Under the pieces are notes generated by a model, which saw only the letters and a list, made by a program, of their open reading frames with translations, did no database searches and had not been told where the DNA came from. A stretch of DNA of 64,000 bases, from NCBI GenBank assembly GCA_965214775.1, contig OZ243974.1, positions 320,001-384,000 of the forward strand. The letters run 5' to 3'. Of this stretch, positions 1 to 10,253 are shown piece after piece. Both the position numbers and the translations under genes were made by a program. Position 1 is the first letter of the stretch; each line of letters starts with the position of its first letter. The stretch is from Nitrosopumilus sp. (GTDB lineage: Archaea > Thermoproteota > Nitrososphaeria > Nitrososphaerales > Nitrosopumilaceae).

Positions 1-13
1 ACTGACTTGAATC

Positions 14-94
14 ATGCGAATGTGGTGGGTTGCAATGGCAATAGCAATCGGAATTACATGGGTTGGAATGAATTATCTGCTTCCGTTCAAGTAG
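14..94 (+). CDS. possible 26-aa single-TM micropeptide (MRMWWVAMAIAIGITWVGMNYLLPFK)
   Basis: Read by hand: ATG at 14, TAG at 92-94, uniformly hydrophobic; below the ORF-track cutoff. Confidence 0.4.
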   Translation: MRMWWVAMAIAIGITWVGMNYLLPFK

Positions 95-179
95 CAGGCT
101 CAAAATTATCACATATTTTCATGTGTGCGGGAGGATTTATGGGAATCATAGCGATCGCTTTAAATTTGCTGAATCATGG

Positions 180-1223
180 TTGTCTTTCGGCTTGAGAAAA
201 GGATTCATCACCAACAGACTGCGCTCCGGAAGAAAGACTATAGAGACATCGTCATCCGTAAAAAGACAGACAAAGACCATACAGGGGGAGAAGTTCGCAT
301 GGACTGACTTGCAGAATCCCGACAGAAAAGACGTAGAGCAACTAGCTGAAAAATACAACTTCAATGCGCTTAACATCGAGGACTGTATGACAAAATTTGA
401 ACTTCCAAAACTAGACAGCTATGACGATCACTTTTTCGTAATCTTGCATTTTCCGCCATTGTCGCAAAAAGTGGGGATTTCAAAGAACAGCCAGCTGTCA
501 ATTTTCCTGGGAAGGGATTTCCTTGTAACGGTTCATCAGGGAGACCTCCAGCCATTAGTGGAACTAGTAGACATCTGCAAGGCAGGCTCATCAGACCGCC
601 AAAGAAAGGACAGGCTCTTGGGCAAGTCCTCTGGATTCCTGCTTCATGAAATTATTGATGTCCTAGTAGACGATCTGCTTCATACTTCAAGAAAAATCAT
701 GGTAAATCTTGACGAGATGGAAGACAGGGTCTTTGACGAGACAAAGGCAGTTGCAAGAAACATTGCCCTTTTGCGAAGGGAGATCAACAGGCTAAGAAGG
801 ATTGCGAATCCCTTGAAGAGATTTGTGCTGGAAATTGCAAAAAGCATCAAATCGTTTTCTGAAAGGGAGGACGAGGAGCTTACGCTGTACTTTGATGATG
901 TGATTGACCACATTGACAAGGTGATTGAGACGCTAGAAGAGTCAAGGGAGACGATGGAGATCTACAAGGATACCGACTTTGTGCTAAGCACCGAGAAAAC
1001 AAACAAGGTTTTGGCAGTTCTGACAATCATCTTTACGCTGGCAATCCCTTCTACTGTGATCGGCACGTTTTATGGAATGAATGTTGATCTGCCAGGCGGA
1101 ATCGGGGACAGCCCTGTGATTCTAGGGCCGTTTACGACGTTTATCATAGTCATACTGGCATCTGCAGTTCCGGCAATCCTCATGTTTGCCTATTTCAAAA
1201 AATTAGGGTGGATCAACAGCTAA
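180..1223 (+). CDS. corA: CorA-family Mg2+/Co2+ transporter
   Basis: WTDLQNP N-terminus, YGMNV signature after TM1, two C-terminal TMs; start more likely TTG at 180 than 123. Confidence 0.93.
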   Translation: MSFGLRKGFITNRLRSGRKTIETSSSVKRQTKTIQGEKFAWTDLQNPDRKDVEQLAEKYNFNALNIEDCMTKFELPKLDSYDDHFFVILHFPPLSQKVGISKNSQLSIFLGRDFLVTVHQGDLQPLVELVDICKAGSSDRQRKDRLLGKSSGFLLHEIIDVLVDDLLHTSRKIMVNLDEMEDRVFDETKAVARNIALLRREINRLRRIANPLKRFVLEIAKSIKSFSEREDEELTLYFDDVIDHIDKVIETLEESRETMEIYKDTDFVLSTEKTNKVLAVLTIIFTLAIPSTVIGTFYGMNVDLPGGIGDSPVILGPFTTFIIVILASAVPAILMFAYFKKLGWINS

Positions 1224-1301
1224 ATTCCAAAAATATCAGGATCATCTGCCAGATCAGGAAATAATGAGCTTAGATAAATACGAGACATTCGTACAAAAAT
1301 T

Positions 1302-1553
1302 ATGGGTAAAATCAAAATCAGAACTGGCAGAGGCACAGGCACCATAGAAGTGGACAGTGACGCTACAAAGTGGTCCGGTGACGAGTTCAGGAAAATTCAG
1401 GAAGCAAGAAAGAAAGCTGCTGCCGGCAGGACAGTATCCTCAGGCAGGGGCACCGGAAGAAGGAAGTTAAGCGACATGCCAGAGCCAAAAGACAGGCCAG
1501 AATACAAGGGAAGAATCAGTTCTGGACGAGGTACCGGTTCTAGAAAAAAATAG
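1302..1553 (+). CDS. small basic protein with three (T/S)GRGTG motifs
   Basis: 83-aa ORF with an AT-rich TATA-like element upstream and an internally repeated motif. Confidence 0.7.
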   Translation: MGKIKIRTGRGTGTIEVDSDATKWSGDEFRKIQEARKKAAAGRTVSSGRGTGRRKLSDMPEPKDRPEYKGRISSGRGTGSRKK

Positions 1554-1624
1554 AAAAAAGAGCAAAATCTTAACTTTTCATTTTTATGATCATTCACCTA
1601 GAGTATTCTCTTGAAGAATGCGGG

Positions 1625-2293
1625 CTAGATCTTGACATCATCAGTGCTTTCTGCCCTGAGCTTGTCCCAGTCGGCAAGGAAGTTTTCCAATCCGGTCTTG
1701 GTCAGCGGGTGCAAAAACATCTTGTCTAGGACCGCAGGAGGCAGCGTGACTATGTCTGCGCCAATCTTTGCCGCATCAACGACATGCAGCGGGTGGCGAA
1801 CGCTTGCGACTAGAATCTCGGCTCCAAGATCATAGTGTGAAAAGATTTCCTTTATCTCCCTGATCAGATGCATTCCGTCTTGGCTGATGTCATCGAGTCT
1901 TCCAATGAACGGACTGACATATTTTGCTCCGGACTTGGCAGCCAGCAATGCCTGGCTTGCAGAAAAGATCAGTGTAACGTTTACGGGAATTCCTTGAGAA
2001 GAAAGTGATCTGCATGCCTTTAGTCCGTCAGGGGTCATGGGAACTTTGACCACCACGTTCTTGCCATATTCTCTCAGACGTCTTCCCTCCTCGACCATTC
2101 CTGCAAAATTGGTACTTACAACTTCCAGGCTGACATCCCCCTTGACGATTGAAGTGATTTGAGCCATCACATCTTTTGGATTTCGGCCTTCCTTGGACAT
2201 CAAAGACGGATTGGTGGTGATTCCGTCCAGCAGTCCCATGTCGTTGAATCTCCTAATTGATTCCAGATTGGCTGTATCAAGAAAAATTTTCAT
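1625..2293 (-). CDS. fsa: transaldolase / fructose-6-phosphate aldolase
   Basis: MKIFLDTAN, GITTNPSL, VVVKVP, YVSPFIGRLDD motifs; last gene of the tkt operon. Confidence 0.95.
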   Translation of the reverse strand: MKIFLDTANLESIRRFNDMGLLDGITTNPSLMSKEGRNPKDVMAQITSIVKGDVSLEVVSTNFAGMVEEGRRLREYGKNVVVKVPMTPDGLKACRSLSSQGIPVNVTLIFSASQALLAAKSGAKYVSPFIGRLDDISQDGMHLIREIKEIFSHYDLGAEILVASVRHPLHVVDAAKIGADIVTLPPAVLDKMFLHPLTKTGLENFLADWDKLRAESTDDVKI

Positions 2294-3546
2294 GGCTTTT
2301 TGCTCCTCAGCTCTTTTGCCTGTTTTGCTATATTAACTGATGTTATGCCGTGTTTTTCCAAGAGGAGCGGAATTTCATCATCTCTGGCAGATTCGCCAAA
2401 CATGTCCTGGGCGCCAATACGCCTGACATGCACCGGATAGGATTCGGAGACTGATTCTGCCACTGCAGAGCCCAGACCTCCAAAGATATTGTGCTCTTCG
2501 GCAGTTACGATACAGCCAGTCTCCCTTGCGGCTTTTTCCAGAATCCCGTTGTCGATGGGCTTGATGGAGAACATGTCAAGCACCCTGCATGAGATTCCGT
2601 CCCGTTGCAGGGATTCGGCGGCCTCTAATGCCATGTGGACCGTAATTCCGCATGCGGCAATCGTGCAATCGGCCCCGTCTCTGATTGTGATGCCTTTTCC
2701 AGTACTGAATTCCTGGGATTCAGAGTGCACCAGAGGGGTTTTGGAACGGGCCATTCTCATATAAAACGGGCCGTATTGGTTTGCCATCAGTCTGGTTAAT
2801 TTTGAGACAGCAATTGTATCGGCAGGAATAAAGACCCTAAAGTTGGGAATCGCACGCATGATCGCAATGTCCTCAAGCTGCTGATGGGAGCCGCCATCAG
2901 GCCCGACAGATAGCCCGCCATGAGAGACCACCAGTTTTACATCGAGTCCTCTACCCCTCTGCATCTTTTTTCCAGTAGGAGACATGGGCGGGGGGTTGGG
3001 AGGAGGAGGAGGAATGGAGGAAGGGGGGTTGGGAGGAGGAGGAATGGAGGAAGGGGGGTTGGGAGGAGGAGGAATGGAGGAAGGGGGGTTGGGAGGAGGA
3101 GGAATGGAGGAAGGGGGGTTGGGAGGAGGAGGAATGGAGGAAGGGGGGTTGGGAGGAGGAGGAATGGAGGAAGGGGGGTTGGGAGGAGGAGGAATGGAGG
3201 AAGGGGAGGAAGGGGAGGAAGGGGAGGAAGGGGAGGAATAGAAAGGAGAAGGATATGCAATGTTGTTTCTTATTTGGTCGACTGCGCGTCCGGGAAGGAA
3301 GATTGCATACGTGCTTGCAAAAGACGTCTTTCCAGAGGCGGCAAGACCGGCAGAAATTGTAACAAGGTTTGCCTCGGCGATTCCTACATTGAAGAACCTG
3401 TCGGGAAATTCCCTTCCAAAGCCTGACGTTTTTAACGAATCGGTGGTGTCTGCTCCCAGAACTATGATGTCAGGATTTTCCCTTCCCAGCAGGATCAGAG
3501 ACTTGGAATACTCAGAACGCATGTCAGTCATTACGGCATCATTCAT
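2290..3546 (-). CDS. transketolase C-terminal (pyrimidine-binding) subunit with a Pro/Ser-rich insertion
   Basis: NVGIAEAN, GPDGGSHQ, VTAEEH..GGLGSAV motifs; start ATG 3546 overlaps the upstream stop. Confidence 0.93.
   Translation of the reverse strand: MNDAVMTDMRSEYSKSLILLGRENPDIIVLGADTTDSLKTSGFGREFPDRFFNVGIAEANLVTISAGLAASGKTSFASTYAIFLPGRAVDQIRNNIAYPSPFYSSPSSPSSPSSPSSIPPPPNPPSSIPPPPNPPSSIPPPPNPPSSIPPPPNPPSSIPPPPNPPSSIPPPPNPPSSIPPPPPNPPPMSPTGKKMQRGRGLDVKLVVSHGGLSVGPDGGSHQQLEDIAIMRAIPNFRVFIPADTIAVSKLTRLMANQYGPFYMRMARSKTPLVHSESQEFSTGKGITIRDGADCTIAACGITVHMALEAAESLQRDGISCRVLDMFSIKPIDNGILEKAARETGCIVTAEEHNIFGGLGSAVAESVSESYPVHVRRIGAQDMFGESARDDEIPLLLEKHGITSVNIAKQAKELRSKKP
2990..3240. repeat. 30-bp tandem repeat (about 7 copies) plus 9-bp tandem repeat inside tkt-C
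   Basis: gggaggaggaggaatggaggaaggggggtt at 30-bp period 3001-3205, then aggggagga units; encodes (SIPPPPNPPS)n in frame. Confidence 0.97.
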
Positions 3547-5216
3547 ACAAAACCTGCCTCCTGCGCAATTTTTCTGATCTGCTCCTGCTTTTCTCCGGCC
3601 ACATGGAGGCCGATCCATTTGTGCACCAGTTCAGAGCCCCCAAGCTGGTTGGCTTTCTCAAGAAGCTGCCTTCTTCGGGATTTCAGGATCTCGTCTCTGA
3701 AATCCCGGATTGCGGCCCTTACGTCTTGCTGACCAACGATCGCCCCGCCGCCAACAAAAGATCTGGCGCCATCGGCAAATACAGAGCCGACATTCTCCAG
3801 ATTTACGCCTCCGTCAGCCTCTATACATCCGGAGAAACCATGCTGAGACAGCAGGGAGTTTAGCCGGGCCATCTTCTCATGCGTGGCTTCAATGTATCTT
3901 TGACCGGATTCTCCGGGAACAACAGACATTACAATGATTTGATCTAGCGTGGGGATGAACCTGTAGGCCCACTCTGGAAATTCCGTCTCGGGGTTTACTG
4001 CAAAGCCGACACCGACCTGGTTTTGTTTTAGCAGATCATGGATTTCGCCGAAGCTTGACTCGTCTGTGGCCTCGGCATGCACGGTTACGACGTCACTTCC
4101 CGCATCAATATAGTCCCGGACGTGTTTTACGGGATCGTTTATCATCAGATGGGCATCAAAGGGGATTACCGTCAGCGGCCTTAGTTCTTTGATTTTTGCA
4201 TGATCAAACGTCTTGTTTGGGACAAACTGGCCGTCCATCACGTCAAGATGAATGCAGTCAGCCCTGCCATTTACGCATCTTTTAACCTCGTTTTCAAGGT
4301 TTGTCATGTCGCCTGCAATAATGGAAGGCGCAATCATGAATTGCGAGTCCAGTTCCTGTCCGATGATCGGGACTACATCCGAATCGGGAGCCTTTCCATG
4401 CCATTGGGGGTTGTCTTCCATGTGCTCGACTGATTTTCCTTTGACGGTTCTGCAGACGATTATTGTGGGAACGCCTTTTGTTGCGTCTGCCTTTTTAATT
4501 GCAGCATCTACCTGTTCTATGCGGTGGCCGTCAACCTCTATTACGTTCCATCCAAATGACCTCCATTTGTCGCCGGTCTTCCACCTTGATGCGTCCTTCC
4601 ACATATCTGAGAGGTCGTCGTCTCCTTCCAGTCTTTGGTCTAATGGCATGACTAGTTCGGTGTAAGAGTCTTGCTGGATGAAGTTCCTGTCCAAAAACAC
4701 AGTCAGGTTGTCTACCTTGTATTTGGACGCAGTCATGGCGGCCTCCCAGACCTGGCCCTCGTCGGATTCACCGTCGCCGATAATTGTGTAAACACGGTAT
4801 CTTTTCGAATCCAGTTTTCCGGCAAGTGCGATTCCAATCGAATAAGACAGGCCGGTACCAAGGGAGCCTCCGCAGAACTCGACTCCCGGACATTTGAGAT
4901 CAGGATGGCCCTGCAATCTGCTTCCAAACTTTCTCAGGGTTTCAATCTCTGCCTCTGGAAAATATCCGGCAACTGCCATGTTGGAGAAGAGGCCGGGCGC
5001 GGCATGACCCTTGGATAGGACCAGGCGATCCCGGTCTTCCCATCCAGGGTTGCCGGGATCAAATTTCAGGTGTTTGTAAAACAGGCATCCAAGAATCTCA
5101 GCCATGGAAAAGGAGCCTCCTGGATGTCCGGAGCCGGCGCTGCTGGTGCCTTTAATGACCAGCTTGCGGGCTCGAAGAACCTTCCTTTTGATCTGATAAT
5201 AGTCAAGCCCCGCCAT
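3543..5216 (-). CDS. transketolase N-terminal subunit fused to ribulose-5-phosphate 3-epimerase
   Basis: SGHPGGS, DRLVLSKGH, GDGESDEGQ (TPP binding), followed by IAPSI, HLDVMDGQFVPN, DAHLMI, EADGGVN (Rpe). Confidence 0.95.
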   Translation of the reverse strand: MAGLDYYQIKRKVLRARKLVIKGTSSAGSGHPGGSFSMAEILGCLFYKHLKFDPGNPGWEDRDRLVLSKGHAAPGLFSNMAVAGYFPEAEIETLRKFGSRLQGHPDLKCPGVEFCGGSLGTGLSYSIGIALAGKLDSKRYRVYTIIGDGESDEGQVWEAAMTASKYKVDNLTVFLDRNFIQQDSYTELVMPLDQRLEGDDDLSDMWKDASRWKTGDKWRSFGWNVIEVDGHRIEQVDAAIKKADATKGVPTIIVCRTVKGKSVEHMEDNPQWHGKAPDSDVVPIIGQELDSQFMIAPSIIAGDMTNLENEVKRCVNGRADCIHLDVMDGQFVPNKTFDHAKIKELRPLTVIPFDAHLMINDPVKHVRDYIDAGSDVVTVHAEATDESSFGEIHDLLKQNQVGVGFAVNPETEFPEWAYRFIPTLDQIIVMSVVPGESGQRYIEATHEKMARLNSLLSQHGFSGCIEADGGVNLENVGSVFADGARSFVGGGAIVGQQDVRAAIRDFRDEILKSRRRQLLEKANQLGGSELVHKWIGLHVAGEKQEQIRKIAQEAGFV

Positions 5217-5260
5217 CTCGATCGTTATCGTGTCAAATTTAATAAAAATCTACTTCTAAA

Positions 5261-5402
5261 CAGCCTTCCCAAAAGCACCCTATTCATGGCAGTGCAGACG
5301 GCTGTATGCGGATCTGCAGGAGGCTTGGGCAGCTGTTTTGAGCTTGGGCAGCTGTTTTGAGCTTGGGCCGTTTGTTTTTACCTGGAACTTTTGGAAAGAC
5401 TG
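5261..5402. mobile_element. MITE family G copy 1 (CAG...CTG ends)
   Basis: Imperfect TIR cagccttcccaaaag / cttttggaaagactg; internal 19-bp tandem duplication; homologous copy at 10033-10158. Confidence 0.7.
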
Positions 5403-5519
5403 ACGATCAGACGTTGTGGTGTGCCGTATGAGGATCATGTTTGTTGGTCATGACGTTCCAGCCCACCTGCCCACCTGCCCACCCACCTGTCTGTCCGTTT
5501 TGGGTAGCTTTTCCTGATC

Positions 5520-5712
5520 GCATACGAGGCATCCTAGACTTTTCACGGGATACTCTCGGCAGCAGATCCTACGAGGCAAAAAGGGACTGATCAAGCATGT
5601 GACAAGCCTCTTCCCGCAGGTAAAAAAACACCAAGAGCCAAGATTCGTTGATCATCTTTGGTGATTTTTGACAAATTTCAATTTTTTAGGCACGGTTATG
5701 CAACAAACTTGG
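5520..5712 (-). mobile_element. left-end remnant of IS5-family (IS903-like) element
   Basis: Reverse complement matches 21707-21815 (agtttgttgcataacc...aaaatcacc...atgatcaac...ggatgcctcgtatg). Confidence 0.7.
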
Positions 5713-5781
5713 CCTAGGGGGCAAACTCATCTGAGGCCAAGGCAAAGTTTTTACACATATTTTACGTATGTTTTGTGACAT

Positions 5782-6627
5782 ATGAATATCACAAAGAATA
5801 CACAAAATATACGCAAAGGACTATCAGACAGAGAGGCGGCATTGCTGAGTATGCTTGCCAGAGATGGCAGGTCAGTCATAGGATACGAGGATGTCTCAAA
5901 TGCAGTACACGCATCCTATCAGAACGCAAGAAAGATCGTAGAGAGGCTAACCAAGAAAAGATGGCTGATACAGATAGCAAGGGGAAGATACCTTATTTCG
6001 CCGCTGAGTGCAGGAATAGAATCCGAATACACGGAACACGAGTTTGTCATGGCGTCTAGTCTTGCCGCAGGCAGACCGTACTATATCGCATACTGGACTG
6101 CGTTGAACCATTACGGATACACGGAGCAAACCCCACTTGTCGTATCTGTTGCAACTACCTCCAGAATATCAAATGCCGTTGTACATGGCGTAAGATACAA
6201 GTTTATCACAATAGGCAAGGCAAAGTTCTTTGGCACAAGAAGCCTCCTTGTCGGAGGCAAAAAAATCACAATCTCCGACAGGAACAAGACAATGGCAGAT
6301 GCCCTGGATCATCCAGAATACTGCGGCGGGATAGAGGAGGTTGCAAAATGCCTGTGGAATGCAAGAGACGACGTGTCGTTTGAGAAAATTGTCGACTATT
6401 CAAAAAGGATACAAAACAGCACGGCAATCAAAAGACTCGGCTACCTGACTGATGTGCTTGGAATGGATGTGCCCTCCCCTTTATACGATCAAATGCGCGG
6501 CCTGATCGGGTCGGGACTCTCCCTGCTAGACCCCCACTCAACTAAAAGCAAGAAATCCAATCCAAGGTGGAGACTATTTGTAAACGCGTCAACAGATGCC
6601 ATTCTGGAGGCAAAATCTACGGCATAG
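5782..6627 (+). CDS. type IV TA antitoxin, AbiEi-like (wHTH + C-terminal domain)
   Basis: L.KK.WL..I.RG.Y, YYIAYWTALNHYGYTEQ, DALDHPEYCGG, KRLGYL motifs; upstream of an AbiEii gene. Confidence 0.88.
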   Translation: MNITKNTQNIRKGLSDREAALLSMLARDGRSVIGYEDVSNAVHASYQNARKIVERLTKKRWLIQIARGRYLISPLSAGIESEYTEHEFVMASSLAAGRPYYIAYWTALNHYGYTEQTPLVVSVATTSRISNAVVHGVRYKFITIGKAKFFGTRSLLVGGKKITISDRNKTMADALDHPEYCGGIEEVAKCLWNARDDVSFEKIVDYSKRIQNSTAIKRLGYLTDVLGMDVPSPLYDQMRGLIGSGLSLLDPHSTKSKKSNPRWRLFVNASTDAILEAKSTA

Positions 6628-7370
6628 GTGATTAGAAGTTCTTACCGATGAGCAGATACGAGTGCTTGCAAGACAGCAGAAAAAGCCAGCAGGAGTGATT
6701 GACAAGGACTATGCGCTAGAATGGCTACTGCATGGCATCTATCACAAGGACTCGGGGATCAGAGACGCGGTGATCCTCAAGGGAGGTACGGCGATAAGAA
6801 AGGTATTCTTTGCCCAAACGTGGAGATTTTCCGAAGACCTCGACTTTACAATACTTCCAGGCACGGATCCGAAGACCATAACATCCGGCTTTGAAGAGGT
6901 TTATGACATCTTGGAGAATGAGGGAGGCATCAAATACGAGGGAGAGCTAAACGTTCCTGGCAGCGGGCGAGCAGTCTTGGGATTCGTTCATTTTACAGGC
7001 CCAATTGGAATGAAGAACAGGATAAAAATCGATGCGTCAAGAATAGAAAAAATGGCAGATTCTGTATCCATGCAAACAGTAACTGCATCTTATGCAGACC
7101 TCGAGGATTTCCCGGTAAGCAGCTACACGCTCAACGAGACAGCATCCGAAAAGATTCGTAGCACCATGCAGCGAAGCAAGGCAAGGGATTACTATGACAT
7201 CTGGAAGATGTTTGGAAAAGACAGCCCACGTGACATTGATGTTGAGTTGGTTGGAGACATGGTAAGGCGCAAGTGTGCAATCAACGATATAGAGTACAAT
7301 CCATCAAAAATCTTTGATGCTGGCCGTCTTGATGGATTAAAAGAGCATTGGGAAAAGGAGCTAGGCAGAC

Positions 7371-9476
7371 GTACAACTTCAGGTCCTTTTTATACTGACA
7401 GTCAAACATTTTTGGGCAGCATCTTATGATCAGATGCCCCTGCGAACATGGCTGAACATCAGACATTTGTGATCAGATATTGCAGGTTTGGAATTTACGG
7501 GAGTGACATAATATCGGCATCTTGGTCAAAGAATTTCGATGGAAATCTTTTTTGATCTTGCCTGTCTGATGTAACATATGGACTCCAAAGCCGTGCTTGC
7601 ACACTGTACGGATCCTGGAAAGGCACTTGTCATGATCATGGAGCAGGATGAGAAGATCTCCGGGCTGGAAAAAGAACTCTCTATTGTCAAGAAGGAGAAT
7701 GCTGATGTCAAGAAGGAGAACTCTAAGCTTCAGGCAAGGCTTGCCCTGTACGAGAGTCCCAACATGCCCACGTCCACGCCGTCATTATACAATGATGCCA
7801 GAAGAAAGTTCAGGGAGAAAAGGGGCGAGGATCCCGGCGGCAGTCCCGGCGATGCTGCTCGGGGCAAGAAACGCGGCCCTCCGTGCAGACACCATGGTAC
7901 ATCGCACGGCAACCGACCATCAATGACATTAAGGTACGATCTTGGCTCCAAAATATGCCCAAAGTGCAACATCCAGTTACGGATGCTCAAGCCGATCCAC
8001 AAGCTTGTAAACGACCTAGATGACTCCATGCGCATGCTCACTGCCAATGCCATCATCCAAAACGCGGTGTGTCCACAGTGCAATACCGTGCATGTCGCAG
8101 CTACCCCGTTTCTAAGCGGCACGTCACTTGGGCCCGTCTCACTCTCTCTAATCATGATGTTCTTTGAGAAGGGAAACACAGACGAGGACATTGCAGAGTA
8201 CTTTCAGTATATGTTTGGATTCAAGATGGCCCCAAATACCGTGACTGCCGCCCGGCACGCAGTGGCAGAGGCGATTCAACAAAACATGATACAACGCATA
8301 CAGTCATTCATTGCGGGCAGGCCGTGGATACAGATGGACGAGACCGGATTTAAGCGCGGCGACGGACACATGGGATACGTCTGGGTGCTCAACTGCGAGG
8401 GGGCGTGCTTTGTGGTATTTGCAGATTCCCGGTCCTCTGAGGTACTGCACACGCACTTTGGATGGCTGGATCCCAAGACTCCCATAGTCGTAGACGGACT
8501 GGCCCAGTACAAGCTGTTCTTTGTGACAATCCAGAGGTGTTGGAGGCACCTTCTGGCGTATGCAGAAAAGCTTGCAGTAAAGATGCCCGAAGGCGATAAC
8601 GAGAAAAGGTATGACTTGCTGCTGGAATTCTACAGGAAGATAGATAAAATCAAGACGCTTGCGCCGCTTACATGCATGGAGCTTTCCAGGGAAGTATACA
8701 AAATAATCAACCCGTATGAGGACGTTCACGTGCGTACACACCTGCTAAACGCCATACATAACATGTTTACGTGTCTGGCGCATCGGGGAATGCCGCTGCA
8801 CAACAACGATACGGAGCGGTGCATACGCGACGGGATCATACCACAACGCAATGCACGTCACAAGATTGTAACTGACGGGGGAAGAAAGACGGCTTCTGCG
8901 CTGCTGACATTTTCGATGACATGTCGCAAGCAGAATATACATCCTGCCGGCGGACTCTTGAAATACCTGCGGAATCCGGGCTGGGATGTCTTTGCAGAAG
9001 CAAGAGATGATGATGATAATGCGCGCCTGCTGTCCTCGCTTGTCAATACGGACGGTACAAAATACAGCGTCTTTGAGTGTCCCGGGCCGCCGCCGGTGTG
9101 GCCGCCTGTAGTCGATGATGACGCAGGCAGTGAAGGAGGAGCGGTACGCCGGAACCGGATGGCCGTCGTACCAGTAGCAGCTCCTACAACAACATGATCC
9201 GTCTGGCGCCTACGGGACGGCGTAACCCGTAGCTTCATGTCAAAGAATCCGGCCGTGTAGGCAAGTCTGCCAGTCAACAACGCCTGGCAAATCTGACAAT
9301 GCTGGTTTCCTGCAGGTGCCGTCTGCCAATAATCTGCTGTCTGCGCGCTGCCGGTCTTGCATATACAAGGGACGTGTGGTGATGATGTAGCGGGTCTGTC
9401 ACAGCAGATGCGGAAGGATCAAAAAGTTCCGGGCAAAAAGTTCCCTAGTCAGTATAAAAAGGACCTGAAGTTGTAC
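7371..9476 (+). mobile_element. IS66-family element, single-ORF (ISBst12-like) type
   Basis: Perfect 29-bp TIRs gtacaacttcaggtcctttttatactgac (7371-7399 / 9448-9476); 8-bp TSD aggcagac (7363-7370 / 9477-9484). Confidence 0.95.
7578..9197 (+). CDS. IS66 transposase
   Basis: Coiled coil, CxxC..CxxC zinc finger, MDETG, VVDG..Y, QRCWRHL, NNDTER motifs. Confidence 0.93.
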   Translation: MDSKAVLAHCTDPGKALVMIMEQDEKISGLEKELSIVKKENADVKKENSKLQARLALYESPNMPTSTPSLYNDARRKFREKRGEDPGGSPGDAARGKKRGPPCRHHGTSHGNRPSMTLRYDLGSKICPKCNIQLRMLKPIHKLVNDLDDSMRMLTANAIIQNAVCPQCNTVHVAATPFLSGTSLGPVSLSLIMMFFEKGNTDEDIAEYFQYMFGFKMAPNTVTAARHAVAEAIQQNMIQRIQSFIAGRPWIQMDETGFKRGDGHMGYVWVLNCEGACFVVFADSRSSEVLHTHFGWLDPKTPIVVDGLAQYKLFFVTIQRCWRHLLAYAEKLAVKMPEGDNEKRYDLLLEFYRKIDKIKTLAPLTCMELSREVYKIINPYEDVHVRTHLLNAIHNMFTCLAHRGMPLHNNDTERCIRDGIIPQRNARHKIVTDGGRKTASALLTFSMTCRKQNIHPAGGLLKYLRNPGWDVFAEARDDDDNARLLSSLVNTDGTKYSVFECPGPPPVWPPVVDDDAGSEGGAVRRNRMAVVPVAAPTTT

Positions 9477-10032
9477 AGGCAGACTGGCAGTTGGGGAGCT
9501 GCCAGAACCTGACAGGGTTTTCAAAGACATGCAGGAGCTGCTTGGGTTTCTTCCTGCAAAATAATCTCAAAGCAAATTGGTACAATCTGTGGCCGGAACA
9601 GTGCCAGATCAGTGGATCTGAAGACTGCCTGCGCCCACAGCATGCCCTGAAAAGACAAGGCCGGCAGGAAACCACGGACGGGGGAGTGTAATCAGCCAGG
9701 TTGAGCACAAAGGCCCAGGTCGGCTGTTTCCTAATTCGGCAGTCCAGTCTAATTTTCCAAACTCTCCAGCGTATTGATCAGGACGGATGCAGGTTCCCTA
9801 ATGACAGGCCGCAAGAGGCGCGACTGGTACTGAAACTATCACCATGCTGTCCACAGCCGTGAACCAGGGTTTCTCCTATCCAATGGTTTCTTTGATCGCA
9901 GGCAACCAATGTCCCGTCAAGAAGAAGAGGAAGAAGACCAGTTCCAGACCCGGACGACTGTAGTGCGCACAGCCGTAACAAGCTTGCATGTCTGCACTTT
10001 GATTGGCCTCTGATTTGACGTACCGTGACATG

Positions 10033-10158
10033 CAGTGTCCTCCCTTATGCACCCTGTTCATGGCAGTGCAAACGGCAACATGCGGATCTGCAGGCGGCTT
10101 GGGCAGCTGTTTTGAGCTTGGGCCGTTCGTTTTTACCTGGAACTTTTTGGAAAGACTG
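10033..10158. mobile_element. MITE family G copy 2 (degenerate left end)
   Basis: About 110 bp highly similar to 5275-5402, same orientation. Confidence 0.7.
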
Positions 10159-10253
10159 CATCGAATCAAAACCGATCAGTCACGGTTTAATTTCAGAATC
10201 TTAAGAATCTATTAAATCTAAATAGTGTGACAGATGTGGTGTGGTGTATCAGA

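Larger units (their letters stand above)
6662..9564 (+). pseudogene. AbiEii nucleotidyltransferase toxin split by IS66 (5' part 6662-7370, 3' tail 9477-9564)
   Basis: KDY, LKGGTA, RFSEDLDF, EK, RDYYD motifs; removing the IS restores ...ELGRLAVGELPEPDRVFKDMQELLGFLPAK*. Confidence 0.9.

Noticed and set aside
2920-3426. Gly/Arg- and Gly/Glu-rich ORFs
   Set aside because: Alternative frames of the 30-bp VNTR in tkt
3543-5216. tkt-N/rpe fusion and the solitary 5S rRNA (11955-12069) as novelties
   Set aside because: To my knowledge both are usual in Nitrosopumilaceae
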